From Promethearchaeati archaeon (GTDB taxonomy: Archaea > Asgardarchaeota > Heimdallarchaeia > Heimdallarchaeales > Heimdallarchaeaceae), in contig JABLTJ010000003.1 in assembly GCA_013166775.1 (NCBI GenBank), positions 1 through 64,000 on the forward strand: 64,000 bases of DNA, in the 5' to 3' direction. Each line of letters starts with the position of its first letter. Position 1 is the first letter of the stretch. The notes below the pieces were generated by a model. It did no database searches. It was not told the DNA's origin and worked only from the letters and a program-made list of their open reading frames with translations. Shown one piece after another: positions 10,336 to 20,391 of this stretch. The position numbers and the translations under genes were made by a program.

Positions 10336-10895
10336 AGCTTCATCTTTTCAAATGCTCTTAATAGTTCATTTCTTTCATTGAATCTATCATGGAGGTTTCT
10401 GCTTATGGACATGAGATTTGCAACATTTTCTTCCACAGTATCCAACATCATTTCCTCAAGATTAGTTTGAACATCAAAGATTTTTTCTTTAAATTCCTCA
10501 GATTGATCAAGAATTTCGATTTCCAGAATATATAGAATGGATAGATCTATTCCGTGTTCCCCTTCAACATCTTTAACGTCAAAGAATGTTGAGTACTTAT
10601 AATCTGTATCAGATGCTTCTTTTCGTAGGTCAGAAATAATTTTCATTACTATTCCAGCTGGTCCCCAACTGGTTAATAATTGTGAATGAATTAGCAGTTC
10701 ATGAACTTGACTCATTGCATCTCCTGTATCTCTAAGAATGGTAAGAAGTTTAGTTCTGAATGCTACATCTGAATTTTTTCTGTTTTCTGTAGCTCTATAT
10801 CCATGATAATCTGGAATGTTTGTGTTTAATATCTTCAAAGCTTCACTTGGATCATTTGAAATATGATCATCGTCTTTTTTCTTTCGACTAAACAT
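10332..10895 (-). CDS. Conserved hypothetical helical protein
   Basis: 187-aa ORF with IPDYHGY..ENR..SD..FR motif; directly downstream of the ligase gene on the same strand. Confidence 0.6.
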   Translation of the reverse strand: MFSRKKKDDDHISNDPSEALKILNTNIPDYHGYRATENRKNSDVAFRTKLLTILRDTGDAMSQVHELLIHSQLLTSWGPAGIVMKIISDLRKEASDTDYKYSTFFDVKDVEGEHGIDLSILYILEIEILDQSEEFKEKIFDVQTNLEEMMLDTVEENVANLMSISRNLHDRFNERNELLRAFEKMKL

Positions 10896-10908
10896 GTGTT
10901 GTCGTACC

Positions 10909-12678
10909 TTATTTGTCCTTTTGATTTAAATATATTGTGCGTATTTCTTCATTTGAAGTAGCTTGATCAGGTGGTCTATCGTCAACAATTTTACCTGTAA
11001 ATCTTGGGAATCTTAAAGCTAAACCATCTGTTTTCTTATCTAAATGCCCTCTAGAACAAGTATGCATCTGACTTACAGTTATCTCTGCTCCTGTAATTTC
11101 TATTACGATATGAGGATCAAACCAATATTGGCAATCTATGTCACTAAAAACTTCTTTAGGTTTATCTCTACTTAAGGGTTTAAGTAGTTTATAAAATTCA
11201 TCTAAATGCTCATCTGTAAAACCAGTAGCAACCCAAGTAAAAGTTTGGTATAAACTTTCATCTTGATCAAAACATCCCAATAGGAAAGTACCGAATTTAC
11301 CTGCTCTTCTTCCTTTCCCATAATCTGCACCAAGAATAACAAGATCAAAAGTGTCTGATAGAGCATAATCAGCTTTAAACTTCACCCAATTCCAACCTCT
11401 AGCTCCTGCTTGATATACAGAACCTTGAGCAACGTTCTTTCCCATCACTCCTTCACAACTATTTTCAAGAGCTTGGTTGAAGAAAACTTCTATTTCATCA
11501 GTTGAATTTGCTACCATTTGATGTGAAAATTGAATATTATCTGTCTCTTTTACAATTTCAGACAATAATTTCCTTCTTTCAAGATAATCTGTATCCAATT
11601 TAGATTTTTTGTCAAAATAAAGAACATCAAAAAGATATATTCTTACTGGAATTTCCTTTGCTTTTTGTTCAATATCATGCTTTCTTTTTCTTTGGGAAAC
11701 TTCTTGGAATGGTAAAATTTTCTGTTTCCTTAAATCATAAGCCACAATTTCCCCTTCAATTATAAATTCATCAATTTTTGAAGCCTCTTTAATGAATCTT
11801 AATACATCAGGGAATTGATTTGTGATATTTTCAGGCTTTCTTGAGTAGAGTTTAATGTTTTTACCTTGCTTATGAATTTGAACTCTCAAGCCATCATATT
11901 TGTATTCTAATGAGCATTTTCCTCCAAATTTCTCTAACAATTCTTCTGAACTTGATACTATTTGTGCTAGCATGACTCGAATAGGTTTGAAAATTTCCAC
12001 ATCAATGTTCTTCAGATATTCAATTCCTTCCGAATAGAGCGTTTCAGCAACATAACCAATATCAGAACTTCTATTGTAAGCCCTTTCGAGAACTCCCTTA
12101 AAATCCCTGGATCCTGTCTTTGCAACGGATAATGCTTCTAATAAAAGCTGAGAAGCCACTCCTATTCGTAACTGTCCCACTACTAATCTAATAATATATC
12201 TCGCTTCTAAAGGTGACACTTTTGAAATTAATCCTGAGAGTGTTCGAATTTTTTTATCTGATGAACCTTCTCCAGACATTTTTGCTATCTTATCAAGAAT
12301 ATCCCATATATCTAAAACCTCTAATTCCTCTTCTTCATCGTGTTGTTGAGTAAAAGCAAGGAGCGTTGATTGAGGTTTTTTTTCGAGCATTTGATGAGCC
12401 ATTTTACCAAGGTCTCCTATTCCCTCCAACTCTTTTTGAACCAATTTTTCATTCTTTCCAGTAGCTAATGCTAGTGATTTGATAGCCATCCTTTCTGCAA
12501 TCATTAGCTCAATCCCTACAAAATCGGGATATAATTTGCCTATGGTTAACAGAGCGATTTTTCCTATTTCAGTGTTTGAAGCATCTTTCAAAGTCTTTGC
12601 TAGTAAATCTACCATTTCAAGTTTCTTCTGTGTTTTTTCTAATTCAAAATAACACTCACATAATTTCTTATATTTCAA
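10909..12678 (-). CDS. lig: ATP-dependent DNA ligase (archaeal)
   Basis: Motif I EYKYDGLRVQIH, EGEIV, YLFDVL, EGVMGK, WVKFK, LRFPRF. Confidence 0.96.
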   Translation of the reverse strand: MKYKKLCECYFELEKTQKKLEMVDLLAKTLKDASNTEIGKIALLTIGKLYPDFVGIELMIAERMAIKSLALATGKNEKLVQKELEGIGDLGKMAHQMLEKKPQSTLLAFTQQHDEEEELEVLDIWDILDKIAKMSGEGSSDKKIRTLSGLISKVSPLEARYIIRLVVGQLRIGVASQLLLEALSVAKTGSRDFKGVLERAYNRSSDIGYVAETLYSEGIEYLKNIDVEIFKPIRVMLAQIVSSSEELLEKFGGKCSLEYKYDGLRVQIHKQGKNIKLYSRKPENITNQFPDVLRFIKEASKIDEFIIEGEIVAYDLRKQKILPFQEVSQRKRKHDIEQKAKEIPVRIYLFDVLYFDKKSKLDTDYLERRKLLSEIVKETDNIQFSHQMVANSTDEIEVFFNQALENSCEGVMGKNVAQGSVYQAGARGWNWVKFKADYALSDTFDLVILGADYGKGRRAGKFGTFLLGCFDQDESLYQTFTWVATGFTDEHLDEFYKLLKPLSRDKPKEVFSDIDCQYWFDPHIVIEITGAEITVSQMHTCSRGHLDKKTDGLALRFPRFTGKIVDDRPPDQATSNEEIRTIYLNQKDK

Positions 12679-12695
12679 AACAATCTATCCTCAAG

Positions 12696-14069
12696 TTATT
12701 TTCTTCTCTTTTGTTGTTCTTTCATTTCGATAAGAATCTCACTTAAAAGATGAATTAGATTTGCACTTAAAACGTCAATACTGTTCTTAAATTCCTTCAA
12801 GGTTTTTATTAATTCAGATAAATTTGCGTCTCCAATTTGACTTTCTATTCCTGTAATTTCCTGTATTTCCTTTATACTCTTATGTGGTTCTTCAAAGAAC
12901 TTAACTTCTCTCTCAAATGCATCTGGTTCAGGCATTTGTGGAGTTGGAACTGCATCTAAATCTACTTCTCCAGGTTTTGTTCTCTTTTCTTCTGCTGGTT
13001 TTTTCCCTTTCTTTCTTGCTCTCATTTTTTCTAGATAAGGAATGACTTGAGTATAATCTATTCCCTGCCTTCTAGCCATGTCTGTAATCAAAATGTCTCT
13101 ATAACCTGGATCTTCTATATTGAGCGAATCAATTTCTTTTTCCAATTCCTCAATAATTGCTATTGCTTCGTAAATATCTTCCTTTTGCATTTTAGGAACT
13201 TCTTGATATTCAACTTTTGTTCCTCTGACTTCTTCTTTGAGCATATCCATTGCTTTCATGACTTCTTGTTTAATAGAATCAGTTTCTCCCTTTTCCAAAG
13301 CTTCTTTTACCATATCTACTCTACTCATAGATTCTTGAGGAGGTTTTTTTTCAATAACTACTTCTTCAATTTCTGTTTCTTCTTCTTGAGCAGTAGCTTC
13401 AGATAGTGGTGATTCTGCAATGTGTTCAAATATATTTTTGATGATTTTCCTGTTATCACTTAAATCGATTCCAGCTTTTCTATCAGAGAACATTAAGTAA
13501 GAACCACAAACAAAAACAGAACCTAATCCATATGAAGTTGTAACCATTACTGTTGCACTGGGAGGATCACTAGAAGATTGTGTTCTAGCTATCTCTTCAA
13601 CATTTTTTCCTGGATTGATTGAACAACATGATATGATTGTGAGTTTCTCAACTTCTTGCGTAAAAGCATGGTTATACAGCTTAGTCACAACTGCATTGCT
13701 TTCGAGTTCTAAGTCGAAATTCTTATAATCAAAGATTTGATTTGCAACTAATTCTATATCAAAGTGTTTAAGCAGAGTATTCATATTAGTATTAAGTCCT
13801 TTATCTCCTCCAGCATTTGCAAAAATAGTTAAACATCCTCCTTCGTCAACATATCTAAGTAATGCTTTCACTTCATGACCATATAGCTTGGAGCCATCTG
13901 GACAAAGAAATACGAAGATATCCGAGTTGGAGATTGATGAATACTTTATAGGATATGAGGAATATCTCCTAATCTTATGACCCTCATTTTCAAGTAATTC
14001 AGCTAGTTTCTCAAAATTCTGATTAACAGATCCCCTTTCTTTTTGTGTTTCATCAAATAGAATATTCAA
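12696..14069 (-). CDS. GIFT-domain (IFT52/GldG-like) protein with acidic and coiled-coil C-terminus
   Basis: ILFDETQKE...NFEKL...YVDEGG..IFANAGGDKGLNTNMNTLLKHFDI...GSVFVCGSYLMFSD...DNRK resembles the IFT52 N-terminal domain. Likely TTG start at 14069 after GGTGGT. Confidence 0.65.
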   Translation of the reverse strand: MNILFDETQKERGSVNQNFEKLAELLENEGHKIRRYSSYPIKYSSISNSDIFVFLCPDGSKLYGHEVKALLRYVDEGGCLTIFANAGGDKGLNTNMNTLLKHFDIELVANQIFDYKNFDLELESNAVVTKLYNHAFTQEVEKLTIISCCSINPGKNVEEIARTQSSSDPPSATVMVTTSYGLGSVFVCGSYLMFSDRKAGIDLSDNRKIIKNIFEHIAESPLSEATAQEEETEIEEVVIEKKPPQESMSRVDMVKEALEKGETDSIKQEVMKAMDMLKEEVRGTKVEYQEVPKMQKEDIYEAIAIIEELEKEIDSLNIEDPGYRDILITDMARRQGIDYTQVIPYLEKMRARKKGKKPAEEKRTKPGEVDLDAVPTPQMPEPDAFEREVKFFEEPHKSIKEIQEITGIESQIGDANLSELIKTLKEFKNSIDVLSANLIHLLSEILIEMKEQQKRRK

Positions 14070-14290
14070 AATACCACCCTTAGAATTTGATATTTGAACT
14101 AAATTTGTCAATTTCAAACAAATTCTGACTTTATAGAGAATATTTAATATTTTATACATATAAGGTTGATGTTGGTATGTAAATACGACCTTCAAAACTC
14201 TGTTACCACGTTGAATATTTTAATAAAGTATTATTTCATGGAAAAGTAATTTAAATACGTCTTACAAATATCAAATTATCCGGTGAAGAA

Positions 14291-15145
14291 ATGGGGTTAT
14301 CTGAACTAAGCAAATTAGAAGCATTAAATAGTAATAAACTTGATATAATAATACTACATTCCCAGAAAGGAGGTCCAGGAAAAACAACTCTCTCATGCAA
14401 CATAGCACATGAATTAGCTAAACGTGGAAATAAAACCGTCCTAATTGATTTAGACATCGCACAACCTACGATTCAACACATTTTTCATGTTCCTGATGAA
14501 GATATAGCTATCACAATCAATGATATACTTCTTGGTGAATCAAAAGTTGATGAAGAAGCCTTGATTAAAACAGAAAATTCTAATTTATTCTTGATTCCTG
14601 CGAAAGAAAATGTAGAATATGGAGAGGGATTATTATCTTTATTAGAAGGGATTCAGCAATTTTCATTTTTCGCTTTGCATGAGATGACGAAATTTCTACA
14701 AAGAATGGGATTCAGATATGTAGTATATGACTGTGCTCCAGGATATAGGATGGAATCAGTTAATGCAGCAGCAATCGCAGATGCTAGAGTGTTTGTTGTA
14801 AGACCTTCAACTTTTAGCTTCGAAGGTGCTAAGCAAATGCTTACAGACATTTACAAGAAACTAGATATAAGATCACTTAATTTCTTTGTTTTCAATCAAC
14901 TTCCGCCAGATTTGAAAAAAGAGAATGCAGAACTTCTTGAGACATGGCAAGAAGAAATTATTGAATTATACAAACCAGAAAAGATCTCATTTTTAGGTTT
15001 TTTACCAATTTCCTTTGATATTATGGAATTAGGTATCACAGGAAAATACATCTTTCCAGAATCTGACGATTTATATGTGAAATTAACAGAAATAGTTGAT
15101 AAACTAATAAAAGACATAGATGAAATGAAAAAGAAAAAGAAATGA
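14291..15145 (+). CDS. MinD/ParA family ATPase
   Basis: Deviant Walker A KGGPGKTT, LIDLD, VVYDCAPG, FNQ. Confidence 0.88.
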   Translation: MGLSELSKLEALNSNKLDIIILHSQKGGPGKTTLSCNIAHELAKRGNKTVLIDLDIAQPTIQHIFHVPDEDIAITINDILLGESKVDEEALIKTENSNLFLIPAKENVEYGEGLLSLLEGIQQFSFFALHEMTKFLQRMGFRYVVYDCAPGYRMESVNAAAIADARVFVVRPSTFSFEGAKQMLTDIYKKLDIRSLNFFVFNQLPPDLKKENAELLETWQEEIIELYKPEKISFLGFLPISFDIMELGITGKYIFPESDDLYVKLTEIVDKLIKDIDEMKKKKK

Positions 15146-15226
15146 TGCTGAAAATAAATAGCTACTAGAAGTTTTCTGATACCTTTGTGCCAAATTTTAT
15201 ATTCCCCTATGTTTACAGTTTTATCA

Positions 15227-16213
15227 ATGAGCCAATTAGTGAAATTTCAATGTCCTCATTGTAACGCTCCAGTAGATGTTAATCCTGAGGATGCAATTTT
15301 CAATTGTATATCGTGTGGGCAAGCTTATCTTGATGATGGTTCAAAATTTGATAATCACTATATTTTAGTGAATACATTAAATCAGAAACAAATACACGAT
15401 ATTGTTCAGAATTTTATCAGAAAGAAAGGTTTTCTTAGAGGAATTCGTGGTTATAAGATAACTAAGCTAACACCAACGCTTTTGCCTTTCTGGAGTGCAA
15501 CAGCTGATGTCTATACCCACTATGTTGGGTATTTACGTTATTCAGAAACTAAAACTAGAACTGTAGGAACGGGAAAGAATAGACGTACAGTTACTGAACA
15601 TGTTACAGTTTATAGACCAATTGATGAAGAAATACGTGAAAAAAGAATAGAAGTTCTTTTAGGAAGAAGAGGAAGTTCAATCTATGGCTATGAAATAGTA
15701 AAAAAACTACTCCAAACAGAATTTCGAAGGGCTGTACCCTTTAGTCATGACCGTTTAATGAATACAGAGAAGGAATTCCAATATTTGTCTTCTGAAATTG
15801 CACTAAATGCTGTTAATCAGCTAGCAAAAACTGCTATTTTTGATGATCATAGAGCAAGAGCTGAAAAACGGTGTACCAAAGTTTTCGATTGTGCGACACA
15901 ACTCACATTTACAGGAACCTACTTTGTACATGTTCCAGTTTGGCAAGTGGAGTATACATTTAAAGATGAGACTTATAGAATTGCAATACTTGGAAGCAAT
16001 GGACAAATTATCAAAGGAGAAATTCCAGTAACAACTAGATTCAGAGCAATCTTCCTAACCTTATCCATCCTTACTATGGGAGGAGCAGGGGTGGTGAGCT
16101 ATTTCTTCGCTGATCAAATCGCAGTACCAATAATCGCAGGTATAGTGACGGCTGTAATAGGTTTCTTCACATTGAAGAATACTTTCAAGCCAATGAGTGT
16201 TTATGGAGGTTAA
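15227..16213 (+). CDS. Zinc-ribbon membrane protein (paralog 1)
   Basis: CPHC...CISC ribbon, LPFW, HVPVW..Y...NGQIIKGEIP, two C-terminal TM helices. Confidence 0.7.
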   Translation: MSQLVKFQCPHCNAPVDVNPEDAIFNCISCGQAYLDDGSKFDNHYILVNTLNQKQIHDIVQNFIRKKGFLRGIRGYKITKLTPTLLPFWSATADVYTHYVGYLRYSETKTRTVGTGKNRRTVTEHVTVYRPIDEEIREKRIEVLLGRRGSSIYGYEIVKKLLQTEFRRAVPFSHDRLMNTEKEFQYLSSEIALNAVNQLAKTAIFDDHRARAEKRCTKVFDCATQLTFTGTYFVHVPVWQVEYTFKDETYRIAILGSNGQIIKGEIPVTTRFRAIFLTLSILTMGGAGVVSYFFADQIAVPIIAGIVTAVIGFFTLKNTFKPMSVYGG

Positions 16214-16217
16214 AAAG

Positions 16218-17198
16218 ATGAAAAGTATAATGTGCCCAAACTGTAATGCTCCTCTAGAAATGGAAGAAACTCAATCTCATGTCACTTGCCCTTATTGTAA
16301 AGTAACTAGCGAGCTAAAGAATGTTAAGGAATTAGTAGAACACTTCATGTTGCCTGCGGATTATGACGTAGAACAGATTAGAACAGAATTGGTTGGAGAT
16401 ATACTAAAACATCCTGGTACGCCGGAGGATTTACATAAATCGTTAAGATTGAAAGATGTGAAACTTAAGTTCTATCCTTACTTCATTGTTACAGTTCATC
16501 TAAGAACAGAGTACAAAGGTAATGGTGAGTATGCAACTTTTAGCCATAGATACAAGTCAGGTTATCGAAATATAGATACCCATCTTAAACCTGAACAAGG
16601 CGTGTTTGACGATGAAAGAGAATTCATAATTTACGCTGCGAAAGAAGTTAATCAAGATTTAATCAATTTTGAAATCTCAACTCGAGGTAAAAGATATTTT
16701 CAAGCTCAAGAAGCTAAGGAAATTCAGGCTGATGTTGTTGAAAGTATATTTGATTTAGAACAAGCAAAAGCTGAAGCAATTAATTCGATGCGAGAAATTC
16801 ACAAGGGATTAATGCTAAAAGAATTAGCCCAGATTTTAGAAGTTAAAGATAAGCCTGAAATTAAAGGAGTTTATTTGTTACACATTCCTTTCTACTTCCT
16901 CAAATTTGAAGCAGGTAAAAAACAATACGAAGCAATTCTAGATGGAGCTACTGGTAGAACAGTTATTACTCAAATACCACGAGAAACATCTTATTGGATG
17001 CAGGTAAGTCTTCTCTCTGTTTTGTTTGGAGCAATAGGACTTGGAGGAATATTCTTAGCTGTAAACCCATTAATAGGGGGTATAGATTTTAGTTATTTTG
17101 GTATCTTTGCTGCAATTGGTGGTCTTATCTATACGATACGAGTTTTACAACTTGGTCTTAGAAGTAGATTTAGGGAAACACGAAGGAGAAAAAGATAA
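16218..17198 (+). CDS. Zinc-ribbon membrane protein (paralog 2)
   Basis: CPNC...CPYC ribbon, YPYF, HIPFY...DGATG, two C-terminal TM helices. GGAGG RBS overlaps the upstream gene end. Confidence 0.7.
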   Translation: MKSIMCPNCNAPLEMEETQSHVTCPYCKVTSELKNVKELVEHFMLPADYDVEQIRTELVGDILKHPGTPEDLHKSLRLKDVKLKFYPYFIVTVHLRTEYKGNGEYATFSHRYKSGYRNIDTHLKPEQGVFDDEREFIIYAAKEVNQDLINFEISTRGKRYFQAQEAKEIQADVVESIFDLEQAKAEAINSMREIHKGLMLKELAQILEVKDKPEIKGVYLLHIPFYFLKFEAGKKQYEAILDGATGRTVITQIPRETSYWMQVSLLSVLFGAIGLGGIFLAVNPLIGGIDFSYFGIFAAIGGLIYTIRVLQLGLRSRFRETRRRKR

Positions 17199-17258
17199 GT
17201 TTAAAGATATAATCTCTCCTCTTTTTTTGTTCATATATTTAATTAGAAATGTGATATC

Positions 17259-17984
17259 ATGAGTGAAAAGATTCCAATATTCATAGATTTCGGGGGGACT
17301 TTAGTAGATACATTAGAAATAACTCGCTTAATGTTTAAGAAGACATTTAATCGTTCCTTCTCGAATGAGCAGATAATAAAAATGTACAAAGATGCATCGA
17401 AAAGAAGGTTGAGTATGATGTTATTTTTCAAATATCCTGTCAATCCAATCAAGCTAATGCTCAACCAAAAAAAGATGAGAGGAATTCAAGAAGAATTGTT
17501 TCTTAATAAAGCTAAACTGCACCCTAAAGCCAAACAAACTCTTGAGAAGATAAAGAAACATGGTGGTTTTTCCCTTATTCTTGTCACTCAAAATCCAACT
17601 ATGGAAGATGAAGAGCATTCTAAACAGATAATTAAAAAGCTTTTTGGAAATAAGAATCCATTTGACCTTATTTTAGCAGGTGAAGATAAAACCGCATTGA
17701 TTGATAATCATTTCAATTCAGAATCAATTTCTAAAGGAATTTTCATAGGAGATTTACCTAACGATATACTTAACGCAGAAATGTTAGGGATTCCATGTAT
17801 AGGTGTAACATGGGGGTATTCTACTGAATCAGAGTTAGAGACACCATATATTGCAGATGATTTTGATGAACTATATGATTTAGTAATAGATCACGTAGAA
17901 GATTTGAAAGAAGATTTAGCTGAAGAAGATGTAGATGAAATTGAGTTTGAAGAAGAAATAGAAGGATATGAATTTGTAGAGTAA
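17259..17984 (+). CDS. HAD-superfamily hydrolase (phosphoglycolate phosphatase-like) with acidic tail
   Basis: FIDFGGTLVDT, LVT, K, FIGDLPND, GVTWGY. Confidence 0.8.
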   Translation: MSEKIPIFIDFGGTLVDTLEITRLMFKKTFNRSFSNEQIIKMYKDASKRRLSMMLFFKYPVNPIKLMLNQKKMRGIQEELFLNKAKLHPKAKQTLEKIKKHGGFSLILVTQNPTMEDEEHSKQIIKKLFGNKNPFDLILAGEDKTALIDNHFNSESISKGIFIGDLPNDILNAEMLGIPCIGVTWGYSTESELETPYIADDFDELYDLVIDHVEDLKEDLAEEDVDEIEFEEEIEGYEFVE

Positions 17985-18019
17985 TTTGAATAGGATTTGT
18001 TTAGGTTTTGGAACATTGA

Positions 18020-18547
18020 CTAATTCAATTTTCTCTTGAAAATATCCATAAACTTCTTATAATCAGATTCTGAAAATAATACTATAAATAATTCTCTTAA
18101 ATTATGTGTCTCATTTAAGAGAAATAAATTGAAAGTATTGATCATTATTTCAGCACATTCTGATAAAGGAAAGCCAGCAATTCCTGTTCCAATTGCTGGG
18201 AAAGCTATTGAATTGATCATATTTTCAGATCCTATTCTTAAGCTATTCCAAACAGAATCTTTTAGTGATTCTGCAGTGGTTCTACCTCCCAAGTGCATAG
18301 AAGCTGCATGAATAATAAATTTTACATTAAGATTACCTCCACGCGTAATTACTGCTTCCCCAAGTTTTACTGGTCCTATGTTATTGCATTCTTTCTGAAT
18401 AGTTGAACCACCCTTTTTCCTTATAGCACCTGCAACTCCTCCTCCTAGTATTAATTTTGTGTTTGCTGCATTTACAATAGCATCAACCTCTAATTCTGTG
18501 ATATCGCCTCTCTTGAGTTGAATATTCGTATCTTTAATCTGCCACAT
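18020..18547 (-). CDS. Macro domain protein (ADP-ribose binding / O-acetyl-ADP-ribose deacetylase)
   Basis: GDIT, DAIVNAAN, GGGVAGAI, IIHA, AFPAIGTGIAGF. Confidence 0.93.
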   Translation of the reverse strand: MWQIKDTNIQLKRGDITELEVDAIVNAANTKLILGGGVAGAIRKKGGSTIQKECNNIGPVKLGEAVITRGGNLNVKFIIHAASMHLGGRTTAESLKDSVWNSLRIGSENMINSIAFPAIGTGIAGFPLSECAEIMINTFNLFLLNETHNLRELFIVLFSESDYKKFMDIFKRKLN

Positions 18548-18571
18548 AATTTAGTAAATAAAGGAGATGAT

Positions 18572-19315
18572 TTAACTTTTTTTCTTCACTTTACATACAG
18601 CAGAAAGAACACTATCAACTGTTGTGAAACCTAGTTTTTCATATAGTAAAACTGCTGGGTAATTTCGTTCTTCTACCCAGAGGAAAATTCTTTCAATTTT
18701 CTGTTCAAAAGCAATCTTGGATATATGAGATGTTAAATCTGCACCTAAACCTTGATTTCTATAGTTTGGATGCACCCACACATCTCTAATAGAAGCAAAG
18801 GAAAATGGTTCTTCTTGCACAATTTGAGAAGCAAAAGCACATCCTAAGAGTGAATCATTCTTAATAATTCCAACTCCTCCAATCCCTCTAGACTGATGAA
18901 TCCTCCTTTTAATGGTTAATACTCCTAGATCCTCTCTCGTTAATTTTCTTGATTGATATTGTTCTTTTGGATTGAAGTTTTCTTCTAATAATTCCATACA
19001 AAGGAACTTGTTGAATTTATCTTTCTCATTTACCTCTACTACTAACTCAAAGTCATAGAAATAATCTTTAACTAAAGAGATCCACTCAGGTTTGAAAGAA
19101 ATAACCAATTCTCCTTTGGGTTGAAAACCTTCTAATATTATCTTATCGGGTTTTCCATGAAACAATACATAATGCTCATAATTACAACGGAGTGTATCAT
19201 TACTAATTTTTAAATTAAAAAATTCGGGAAATTTGAAATAATCCCAAACCATGAAACAAAAATAACCCGAATTTTCCCTTGCTAATTGCAGGAATTGTTC
19301 ATATTCTGTCCTCAT
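18572..19315 (-). CDS. GNAT family N-acetyltransferase
   Basis: VWVHPNYRNQGLG (motif A) and NYPAVLLYEKLGF. Confidence 0.85.
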   Translation of the reverse strand: MRTEYEQFLQLARENSGYFCFMVWDYFKFPEFFNLKISNDTLRCNYEHYVLFHGKPDKIILEGFQPKGELVISFKPEWISLVKDYFYDFELVVEVNEKDKFNKFLCMELLEENFNPKEQYQSRKLTREDLGVLTIKRRIHQSRGIGGVGIIKNDSLLGCAFASQIVQEEPFSFASIRDVWVHPNYRNQGLGADLTSHISKIAFEQKIERIFLWVEERNYPAVLLYEKLGFTTVDSVLSAVCKVKKKS

Positions 19316-19381
19316 CTAAATTAGAATTTCTCTTTACATTTATCTCTTTTTAGTTAAAATCAGGAATTCAGTTTGAAGATT

Positions 19382-20293
19382 TTATCCATATTTTGGACCA
19401 AACATTTCTTTATCAAGTTGATCTAGATATTCCTTGAACTCTGGATTATCTTGATTTTCATATGCTCGTTTTACTCGTACCGTTCCTTCATATCTTTGAC
19501 CTAGCTTTACTAACGCTTTACCTGATAAAAACGTTGCAACTGGATCATCTCTTTCCAAGGCTAATAATTCATTACAAACATTGAACGCTTTCTGATTTTG
19601 CCCTTCATCTAGATACAATCTTGCCAATTTATAGTAAATTGTCTTACTTACTGGTCTAGTCTTTTCCTCAACTTGTAATGCTTGAAGGTATTTCTCTTTT
19701 GCAATATCGGAGCGGCCAATTGATAGGTATAGATCTCCAAGTTCTCCATAAAGCTCTTGGTTAGTAGGATCAAGATTAATTGCTTCATTATATGCGTCAA
19801 TTGCTGATAGAAAATTATTCATTTCCTTGTAGCTTGTACCTAATAATCTCCAGGTCTCAGCATCATTTCTATTGATTCTTAAGTATGTTTCAAAACTTAA
19901 AACAGCTACTTGGTATTCCCCTTTCTGAAGAGCTAATATTCCTTTTCCCAACCAAGCTTGTGTTGCTCTTGGATTTATGGATGTTGCTTTGAAATAGTAA
20001 TTTTCTGCAAGTTCAATTTGTTTATTCCTTCTATAAGCTTCCCCTAAGAGCTCGTAAGCCTCCCAGAAATCTGAATCTTGAGCAATAACAGTAGATAATT
20101 CATCTATTGCTTCTTTTAACATACCTGAAAGAAAGAAAACTTTACCTTTTAGATAGATAAAATATGGATCTGCGTATCTCTTTAGGAGTCTGTCTAAGAA
20201 TGGGAGAGCCTCATCAAAAAGATGATTTTCAATTAGACTTTCAACTAATTCAGTCTCAAACATTTTAGAATTTTCACCAGTTTCTAATCCCAT
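19382..20293 (-). CDS. TPR-repeat protein
   Basis: Successive 34-aa TPR units (AW..LG..Y..A...Y..A...P). Confidence 0.88.
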   Translation of the reverse strand: MGLETGENSKMFETELVESLIENHLFDEALPFLDRLLKRYADPYFIYLKGKVFFLSGMLKEAIDELSTVIAQDSDFWEAYELLGEAYRRNKQIELAENYYFKATSINPRATQAWLGKGILALQKGEYQVAVLSFETYLRINRNDAETWRLLGTSYKEMNNFLSAIDAYNEAINLDPTNQELYGELGDLYLSIGRSDIAKEKYLQALQVEEKTRPVSKTIYYKLARLYLDEGQNQKAFNVCNELLALERDDPVATFLSGKALVKLGQRYEGTVRVKRAYENQDNPEFKEYLDQLDKEMFGPKYG

Positions 20294-20391
20294 GTACCCA
20301 CCTTGTATAATGTATCTATTGATTTATTCAACTTAAAACTTTTTCTCACATAAGAAAAAATATGAGAAAATGTGAAATTAAGAAAGAAATC

